Virus record (IMG/VR): IMGVR_UViG_3300036770_003016
From: a virus
DNA: 64,000 bases
Reading direction: 5' to 3' (one strand)
Shown here: positions 41,557 to 47,307 of the stretch, one piece after another
How the letters are laid out: the number at the start of each line of letters is the position of its first letter
How positions within the stretch are numbered: position 1 is the stretch's first letter
Translations under genes and position numbers: made by a program
The notes under the pieces: generated by a model
Told to the model about the DNA's origin: nothing
Database searches by the model: none
The model's input: the letters and a program-made list of their open reading frames with translations, nothing else

Positions 41557-41631
41557 TGGCACCACTGAGAGGAATCGAACCCCTATTCTAGGTTTAGAAG
41601 ACCCATGTCCTATCCGTTGAACGACAGTGGT
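41557..41631 (-). tRNA. tRNA-Arg(TCT)
   Basis: Cloverleaf, loop CTTCTAA, CCA. Confidence 0.9.
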
Positions 41632-41636
41632 ATATT

Positions 41637-41719
41637 TGGTGCGAGTGGAGGGATTCGAACCCTCAATCCAGAGGCGGCAAATTTTAAGTCTGCTGTGTAT
41701 ACCGTTCCACCACACTCGC
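41637..41719 (-). tRNA. tRNA-Leu(TAA)
   Basis: Loop CTTAAAA, variable arm, CCA. Confidence 0.9.
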
Positions 41720-41764
41720 AATAAAAACATTATAACATAAATTTGTGTTGTTTACAGGTAATAT

Positions 41765-41841
41765 TGGTGCCTCAGGAGAGATTCGAACTCTCAGAATCTT
41801 GCTTCTAAGGCAAGCATGTTTACCAATTTCATCACCGAGGC
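41765..41841 (-). tRNA. tRNA-Leu(TAG), short variable loop
   Basis: Loop CTTAGAA, 77 nt, CCA. Confidence 0.85.
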
Positions 41842-41843
41842 AT

Positions 41844-41919
41844 TGGTGCGACCTAGAGGAATCGAACCTCTTTCCATGGCTCTTCAGGCCACTGCTATGA
41901 CCACATCAGCTAAAGTCGC
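41844..41919 (-). tRNA. tRNA-Phe(GAA)
   Basis: Loop CTGAAGA, CCA. Confidence 0.9.
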
Positions 41920-41920
41920 A

Positions 41921-41995
41921 TGGTGCACCGTGAAGGTTACGCTCCCTCTACCCTCTGCTTGTAAGGCAGACGCTCTACTATTGAGCTAACGATGC
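41921..41995 (-). tRNA. tRNA-Val(TAC)
   Basis: Loop CTTACAA; atypical T-loop AGCGTAA. Confidence 0.85.
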
Positions 41996-41996
41996 G

Positions 41997-42072
41997 TGGG
42001 GTGTCCTATGAGGATCGAACTCATACTCTCTCGTTCACAGCAAGAAGTGCAGACCACTACACTAAGGACACC
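41997..42072 (-). tRNA. tRNA-His(GTG)
   Basis: Loop CTGTGAA, G-1:C73. Confidence 0.9.
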
Positions 42073-42081
42073 AAGAGCATT

Positions 42082-42155
42082 TGGAGCGGCTAAAGAGAAT
42101 CGAACTCTTAACTTCTGCTTGGAAGGCAGTGGTTTTACCATTAAACTACAGCCGC
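42082..42155 (-). tRNA. tRNA-Gly(TCC)
   Basis: Loop CTTCCAA, U73. Confidence 0.9.
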
Positions 42156-42160
42156 TTATT

Positions 42161-42469
42161 TTAATCCCAAGGTGGATAACCGCCTTGAATACAAATCATT
42201 TTCATCGGACCAGAATAATCTCTCCATTCAATTACTTTACCATTCTTATCAAGAGGCCTTAGATCAGGTAGCGCAAATGTCGTTCTACCATCACCGCCAT
42301 ACTTTGTACCAATAATGGAAAAGAGTGCTTCGTTTCCTTTTACTTGCATGATTTGACCACTACAAGGTGCCCAAGTACGAACACCTCTAGTTCCAGCAAA
42401 CTCTGTGATTGATCCGAGCATATCACCTTCTACTGACATGCCAAGTTTTTGTAACATTTTCTTAATCAT
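42161..42469 (-). CDS. Stand-alone tail collar domain protein
   Basis: G.I..FAG, W..C.GQ, ALFSIIGT.YGGDGRTTFALPDLR. Confidence 0.85.
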   Translation of the reverse strand: MIKKMLQKLGMSVEGDMLGSITEFAGTRGVRTWAPCSGQIMQVKGNEALFSIIGTKYGGDGRTTFALPDLRPLDKNGKVIEWRDYSGPMKMICIQGGYPPWD

Positions 42470-42478
42470 ATTTTCTCC

Positions 42479-42946
42479 TTAAGCAGCTAAACTTTTGTAA
42501 CGATCTGCAGCGTATGATGCCGCAAACGCTCTTGGTTTTACCATAGGAATTACATTACAAGTTCCACGAATATAACCAATTGCTTCATTGATCACGCAAT
42601 TTGAACCATGCATTTCACTTGGGTTGATATCAAGGTGGACTTCTACATCACGACCTTCCAGAACATCAGCCAACTTTAAATACATTTCAGATACCTTGTA
42701 TACTTCATTCATCAAACGGTATCTCGGACGATCTTCTTTTTGGTCATAGTCTCTTTCACGAACAACTTCACCAAAAAGTTTGCAACCGTGTTTTCCATCT
42801 TTGTGAACAACTATAGCAATTATATAGTCAGCATGCCACACTTCATTCACTCTTAATCTTTCAGAATCACATCCAAGATAAATTTTTGTTTCTGGCGATT
42901 GTCTTGAGATGTAATCTTTCACTTCTTGTAAATTTATCTTGAACAT
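42479..42946 (-). CDS. RNase H-like YkuK family protein
   Basis: IYLGCDS, RLMNEV, VHLDINP, AASYAAD. Confidence 0.8.
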   Translation of the reverse strand: MFKINLQEVKDYISRQSPETKIYLGCDSERLRVNEVWHADYIIAIVVHKDGKHGCKLFGEVVRERDYDQKEDRPRYRLMNEVYKVSEMYLKLADVLEGRDVEVHLDINPSEMHGSNCVINEAIGYIRGTCNVIPMVKPRAFAASYAADRYKSLAA

Positions 42947-42960
42947 GATATCTCCTTAAT

Positions 42961-43034
42961 TGGCCTCGGTGGACAGAATCGAACTGCCATGACTGGTTTT
43001 GGAGACCAGCGTAATGCCTTTATACGACACCGAG
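42961..43034 (-). tRNA. tRNA-Trp(CCA)
   Basis: Loop CTCCAAA. Confidence 0.9.
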
Positions 43035-43051
43035 ATTAAAACTACTTATAA

Positions 43052-43125
43052 TGGTCCTTCCTGATGGTTACGATCCACCGTCTAGCGGTTATCAACCGCT
43101 TGCTCTGCCATTGAGCTAAGGAAGG
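43052..43125 (-). tRNA. tRNA-Ile(GAT)
   Basis: Loop TTGATAA; atypical T-loop ATCGTAA. Confidence 0.85.
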
Positions 43126-43127
43126 AT

Positions 43128-43202
43128 TGGCACCACCTAAAGGAATCAAACCCTTTCTACAATGTCCGTAGCATTGCGTGCTATTCAGTACACTAAGGTG
43201 GT
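43128..43202 (-). tRNA. tRNA-Arg(ACG)
   Basis: Loop CTACGGA. Confidence 0.88.
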
Positions 43203-43209
43203 ATAATTA

Positions 43210-43286
43210 TGGTCTGGGTAGAGAGGATCGAACTCCCGACCTCCTGCTCCCAAAGCAGGCGCACTACCTGGCTGTGCTATACCCAG
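43210..43286 (-). tRNA. tRNA-Pro(TGG)
   Basis: Loop TTTGGGA. Confidence 0.9.
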
Positions 43287-43295
43287 ACGAAACTT

Positions 43296-43370
43296 TGGTG
43301 CCCCCGGAGAGATTTGAACTCCCGACCGCTCGCTTACAAGGCGAGAACTCTACCACTGAGCTACAGGGGC
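43296..43370 (-). tRNA. tRNA-Thr(TGT)
   Basis: Loop CTTGTAA. Confidence 0.9.
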
Positions 43371-43375
43371 AAAAC

Positions 43376-43452
43376 TGGTGGCGATGGAAGGATTCGAGCC
43401 TTCGATCTTTTCCGTATGAAGGAACTGCATTTGACCGCTATGCTACATCGCC
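43376..43452 (-). tRNA. tRNA-Met(CAT) elongator
   Basis: Loop TTCATAC, paired 1:72. Confidence 0.85.
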
Positions 43453-43622
43453 ATTAGTGAGAGTACTATCATATCTGTTTAAGGACACTTTTCAGTCCTC
43501 TCTGCATCCCTTAGACTCACCACAAGTCTCGCACCAACGGCGTGGATTCATGCAAAGATGAGTACTACCACGATAGTCTGGCTGCTGGTTAGGCACTTCG
43601 TTCTACAGACTCTCACTAATGG
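43451..43622 (-). ncRNA. Candidate structured RNA closed by 14-bp stem between tRNA-Asn and tRNA-Met
   Basis: CCATTAGTGAGAGT / ACTCTCACTAATGG perfect inverted repeat. Confidence 0.6.
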
Positions 43623-43694
43623 CTCCAGAGGTAGGGATCGAACCTACGACACACGGATTAACAGTCCGCTGATCTACCGCTGATCTACTCTGGA
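43620..43694 (-). tRNA. tRNA-Asn(GTT)
   Basis: Loop CTGTTAA. Confidence 0.9.
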
Positions 43695-43889
43695 ACAGGT
43701 GCTTCCTCTCTGCGGTGGTAATTATAGTGTCTCCAGTTTCGAACCCTTCAACGACACCTTCCACCCACTTCACGACCAAAGAGAATTCTCGCATTGCCAG
43801 CGCCATTTGCTCCAAATGGTAAGGTCCTGTGGGTATCACACCACTTCTCGACATGCGGACCACACTAGCCGTTGATTAGACGGCACGTT

Positions 43890-43963
43890 TGGTAGCGGGT
43901 AGCCGAATTGCACGACTAACTGTAGCTTATGAGACTACCGAGATACTATTTCTCTAACCCGCA
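43890..43963 (-). tRNA. tRNA-Met(CAT), initiator-like
   Basis: Loop CTCATAA; 1:72 mismatch; lacks the three G-C anticodon-stem pairs. Confidence 0.75.
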
Positions 43964-43968
43964 AAACT

Positions 43969-44043
43969 TGGCGGTCCCAACGAGATTCGAACTCGTTCCT
44001 GCGCCGTGACAGGGCGCTATACTCGCCGATATACTATGGAACC
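43969..44043 (-). tRNA. tRNA-Asp(GTC)
   Basis: Loop CTGTCAC. Confidence 0.9.
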
Positions 44044-44050
44044 ATAAAAC

Positions 44051-44125
44051 TGGTAGGCGCACGGAGAATCGAACTCCGGTCAATAGATTAAAAGTCTACT
44101 GCTTTAACCCCTAAGCTATACGCCC
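44051..44125 (-). tRNA. tRNA-Lys(TTT)
   Basis: Loop CTTTTAA. Confidence 0.9.
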
Positions 44126-44238
44126 AAAATTTGGTGCTATGTCCTACTTGCAATAGGACTCTAGTCGCAGTTTGAGAGGCATCGTTCCTAGGATCGAGAG
44201 GCACATTCTGCCACAGCGTAAAGCGACGCTGTGCATCT

Positions 44239-44314
44239 TGGTGGAGAGTATCGGGTTCGAACCGATGACCTCCTGCTTGCAAAGCAGGCGTTCTCCCAAC
44301 TGAACTAACTCCCC
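44239..44314 (-). tRNA. tRNA-Ala(TGC)
   Basis: Loop TTTGCAA, G3:U70. Confidence 0.92.
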
Positions 44315-44892
44315 ATATTGAAACACACTATGCCACGCTCTGAACCTGGACTCTTAGTAATGTGTTCGAATATGGTGTTGCTTGTTCCCGTCCGTCGGGC
44401 CAATGTGTCGGGCTTTATTGCTCTCTACCTATTCAGCCATTCCCATCGTCGAGAGTCAATGGGAAACATCTTGACACACCATCTAACTTAGATTACTTTG
44501 CCATTAGGCGTTTCATCTACTAGCAGTCAGCAAACCATATTGAAGCACACTGACAGTATCGAAACTGCCCACACCGCCGAAAGACGATGCTAGGTCCACT
44601 CCCAAGGCCGGCGCCATCTAGCCTTAGTGTGCTTCAATATGGTTGCTGGTTACGACTCCAGCACAATCGTATCGTCATTGTCGCTCGAATCACGCCTGTG
44701 TCTTCGTCAAAGGCTCGCCGCCTTTATACACGCTTCAGGTATTCGTGTTCTGGGATCAGCCCGAGGACTTTTCGGTCCCCACTTACTCCCATATTCAAGC
44801 ACACTCGTTGTAGACTTTCTGTTAGTATCCCTTACGGGTCCCCGCTGGCAGCCCCAATGGCTGGGCCGGGCGACTAAGAATGTGCTTGAATA

Positions 44893-44978
44893 TGGTGGGC
44901 TTCGTTGGAATCGAACCAACGCTTTCTCTTTTCGATTGCTCTACTCAGAGTCGTGCCCCCAGCAAACACCAGAAGCCC
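44893..44978 (-). ncRNA. tRNA-like RNA with aberrant anticodon arm
   Basis: Acceptor GGGCTTC/GAAGCCC-ACCA, T-arm GTTGG-TTCGATT-CCAAC; no 7-nt anticodon loop. Confidence 0.7.
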
Positions 44979-45071
44979 AAATAAACTTTACCATATTGAA
45001 GCGCACTTAGACTACTACCCTACTCGAGCATAGCCTTTCAGAGCTTCACCCAAATGCACTTCAGTATGGTA

Positions 45072-45185
45072 TGGTAGCAGGAGTGGTTGCGATCCACTGC
45101 AGAGCACCGGGATTAAGGCCTTGTAGTTGGCTTGCTCTAGAGTCACCAATCTCTCAGAGGACCAATGACCGGCTTCATACCTGCC
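45072..45185 (-). ncRNA. tRNA-like RNA with large interior
   Basis: GGCAGG/CCTGCT-ACCA stem, T-like arm AGTGG-ATCGCAA-CCACT. Confidence 0.6.
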
Positions 45186-45280
45186 CTACTACCATATTGA
45201 AACACACTGGTCGAAGCAGATACGGAAGACACCCGCTGCTGTTTCCGATGCCTAGTCGGACTCGTCAATGCGCTTCAATA

Positions 45281-45368
45281 TGGTGGGTGGTGATGGTAAC
45301 GCTCCACGAGGCAACTTCCGATCTTATTATGCCGACGGTTTTACAGACCGCTGACCGGGGCACCACCC
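45281..45368 (-). tRNA. Atypical tRNA-Tyr(GTA) lacking D-arm
   Basis: Acceptor GGGTGGT/ACCACCC-ACCA; anticodon arm GCGGT-CTGTAAA-ACCGT; long variable region. Confidence 0.7.
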
Positions 45369-45373
45369 GTATT

Positions 45374-45450
45374 TGGTACACCGTAGGGGATTTGAACCCC
45401 TGATCTTCTCCGTGAAAGGGAGATGTCCTAGGCCGCTAGACGAACGGTGC
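45374..45450 (-). tRNA. tRNA-Glu(TTC)
   Basis: Loop CTTTCAC. Confidence 0.9.
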
Positions 45451-45453
45451 AAG

Positions 45454-45553
45454 TAAACAACACAAATTTTTAAAGAACAATTCATCACATCATGTAGATC
45501 ATTATACACTAAACCTACGAATTGTCAACTACTACTGTTGTAAAAAAACAACA
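45454..45553 (-). promoter_or_regulatory. Internal tRNA-operon promoter with boxA-like leader
   Basis: TTGACA-16-TATAAT (45528-45501), TGTTG-N8-CAACA box 45536-45553, TGTTCTTTAAAAATT at 45479-45465. Confidence 0.75.
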
Positions 45554-45556
45554 GAG

Positions 45557-45634
45557 TGGAAGTACGGGTCGGATTCGAACCGACGAATCAAGAGTTTTGC
45601 AGGCTCCGCCATTAGACCGCTCTGGTACCGTACT
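45557..45634 (-). tRNA. tRNA-Cys(GCA)
   Basis: Loop CTGCAAA, U73. Confidence 0.88.
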
Positions 45635-45639
45635 ATAAC

Positions 45640-45729
45640 TGGTGGAGAATCAGGGAGTCGAACCCTGTGACCCTATTTCTAGAATCTACGGATTAGCAAT
45701 CCGCTGCATTACCATCCTGCCCATTCTCC
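45640..45729 (-). tRNA. tRNA-Ser(GCT)
   Basis: Loop TTGCTAA, long variable arm. Confidence 0.9.
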
Positions 45730-45733
45730 GAAT

Positions 45734-45825
45734 TGGTGGAAGCGGTGAGATTCGAACTCACGGGCCACTTTCATGACCGACAGTTTTCAAGACTGTTGCA
45801 ATAAACCGGACTCTGCCACACTTCC
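45734..45825 (-). tRNA. tRNA-Ser(TGA)
   Basis: Loop CTTGAAA, long variable arm. Confidence 0.9.
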
Positions 45826-45896
45826 ATATGGAAACACATTGCCAAGTAGAGCCATGGTATCTTGTGCGGGAGCAACCCCTACAATGTGCTTTCATA

Positions 45897-45991
45897 TGGT
45901 CCTTGGACTAGGATTCGAACCTAGATCATCCCCTCATCTAGAGGCATCGCCGAGGTATAAGCTCGGAGTTTTACCATTAAACTATCCAAGG
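45897..45991 (-). tRNA. tRNA with TAT anticodon (Ile-UAU) and long variable arm
   Basis: CCGAG-CTTATAC-CTCGG; 95 nt; CCA. Confidence 0.8.
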
Positions 45992-45993
45992 AT

Positions 45994-46071
45994 TGGTGGG
46001 GGATACTGGATTCGAACCAGTGAATGTCGGATTCAAAATCCGATGCCTTAGACCAGCTTGGCTAATCCCCT
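45994..46071 (-). tRNA. tRNA-Gln(TTG)
   Basis: Loop TTTTGAA, 1:72 mismatch. Confidence 0.9.
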
Positions 46072-46100
46072 AATAAACAACACAAATTTTTAAAGAGCGG

Positions 46101-46139
46101 AAAACAAAAACCCCCGAATTTTTTAGGTTCGGGGGTTTG
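46101..46139 (-). terminator. Intrinsic terminator/attenuator upstream of tRNA array
   Basis: AAACCCCCGAA-CCTAAAAAA-TTCGGGGGTTT-TTGTTTT on - strand. Confidence 0.85.
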
Positions 46140-46163
46140 TGTGAAAAACGATTAAAACTATTT

Positions 46164-46280
46164 TTACGCAAACCCCCCAATATCACTAAAATTGCAATTT
46201 GGTGAGCGATACTCTGCCTGCCATGTGCCTGTTGCACTGGCCTTGAGAGTAATTGTAGTGAAATGTAAGGAAGTTTTCAT
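46164..46280 (-). CDS. Putative 38-aa leader peptide (not in ORF track)
   Basis: MKTSLHFTTITLKASATGTWQAEYRSPNCNFSDIGGFA*; last codons overlap antiterminator strand. Confidence 0.65.
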   Translation of the reverse strand: MKTSLHFTTITLKASATGTWQAEYRSPNCNFSDIGGFA

Positions 46281-46289
46281 AGTTTTATA

Positions 46290-46318
46290 AGTGTATCACT
46301 GTATTTAGTAAAAGTCAA
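46290..46318 (-). promoter_or_regulatory. Promoter for leader/tRNA array
   Basis: TTGACT-17-TACACT; nested late-type CTAAATA 46308-46302. Confidence 0.65.
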
Positions 46319-46347
46319 GCGTCTTTTTTCATGTTTGCCAAAAATAA

Positions 46348-46833
46348 TTACGGTTGAATAGGCCAATTCACTATCTTTGGGAATTCCGATTGTTGAGGTA
46401 TTTCTCTTAAAAATTTTCGGTATTCAATCCATTGTTGTTTAATGGCATCTGGAATAGGAGAATCCGGCATAACAGTCCAATCTGATTTTGCCAATAATTC
46501 GTCTCTCTTCTTCCTCACTTCACTTGATTTATAATCGAGCATTTCTTGTCTACTCTCTGGAGATCGTGGAGTGGGAACATGATTCTTATACCATTTGCCA
46601 TCATCACCTTTAGTTGGAACACCCTCACTATATTCGTATTCAATCCAATCATATTCTATTTGTAAATGATGAACTAAAACATATCCACTAGGCAAAGGTT
46701 TAGTTTCATCATAAAATTTATCTAAATTTTCATCTACTTTAGCTATCTCTGGATACTCTTTAATCAAGATTCCTTCAGGTACTGGATACTCCAATACATT
46801 ATCATTAGAATCTATTTTAGCAAAAAATCTCAT
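46348..46833 (-). CDS. Tail fibre assembly chaperone
   Basis: VR..RD.LL..SDWT..PDSP, W..YR..LR.IPQQ..FP....WP. Confidence 0.85.
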   Translation of the reverse strand: MRFFAKIDSNDNVLEYPVPEGILIKEYPEIAKVDENLDKFYDETKPLPSGYVLVHHLQIEYDWIEYEYSEGVPTKGDDGKWYKNHVPTPRSPESRQEMLDYKSSEVRKKRDELLAKSDWTVMPDSPIPDAIKQQWIEYRKFLREIPQQSEFPKIVNWPIQP

Positions 46834-46842
46834 ATAATTTCC

Positions 46843-47307
46843 TTATTGATCTTCTGAAGTTATCTGAACTATATCCAACAAATTTAATGGAACCCAAGCA
46901 GAATCTCCATTCTCATTTTGAATCTCTTTAGCAACTCTTGGTTGCATAGTTTCCAAAGTTTGTTTAACAACATCAACTATACTTTGGCGCATTTCACTTT
47001 CAGTTTCATATGTAGTATACATTCCAGTAATAGGATTAAAAACTTGATATTTTTCTAACATCGTTACTTGCTCTCCATTGTAATAAACATACTCTTTACT
47101 TTTTTTAAGTTTATCAAACCATTCTAACCACCCAGTTGTACTTTGTGGATTAGCTTCTATATATTCTAATAAAACATTTCTACCATAATCCCAATCTATG
47201 TACGGACTATATTCAAAATCAAGTTGAAATGTATTTTTAGTCCATTCATAAGCTTCATCACAAACTCCATTATCTTTTAAGAAATCTAAAGAAAGTCTCT
47301 GTATCAT
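46843..47307 (-). CDS. Hypothetical protein (fibre-associated)
   Basis: Coupled to fibre gene by ATGA overlap. Confidence 0.6.
   Translation of the reverse strand: MIQRLSLDFLKDNGVCDEAYEWTKNTFQLDFEYSPYIDWDYGRNVLLEYIEANPQSTTGWLEWFDKLKKSKEYVYYNGEQVTMLEKYQVFNPITGMYTTYETESEMRQSIVDVVKQTLETMQPRVAKEIQNENGDSAWVPLNLLDIVQITSEDQ

Larger units (their letters stand above)
44313..45899 (-). repeat. Six hairpin cassettes CCATATTGAAGCACA(T/C)T...AGTGTG(C/T)TTCAATATGG
   Basis: Copies at 44313-44375, 44535-44642, 44789-44895, 44991-45069, 45192-45283, 45824-45899; ~17-bp inverted-repeat arms, unrelated interiors. Confidence 0.9.

Noticed and set aside
44313-45283. CRISPR array interpretation of the repeated arms
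   Set aside because: Repeats alternate in orientation as inverted pairs, spacing is irregular, they overlap tRNA ends, and no cas genes are present.
43178-46051. ORF-track ORFs across the tRNA array
   Set aside because: They overlap clear tRNA genes and are by-products of GC-rich RNA sequence.
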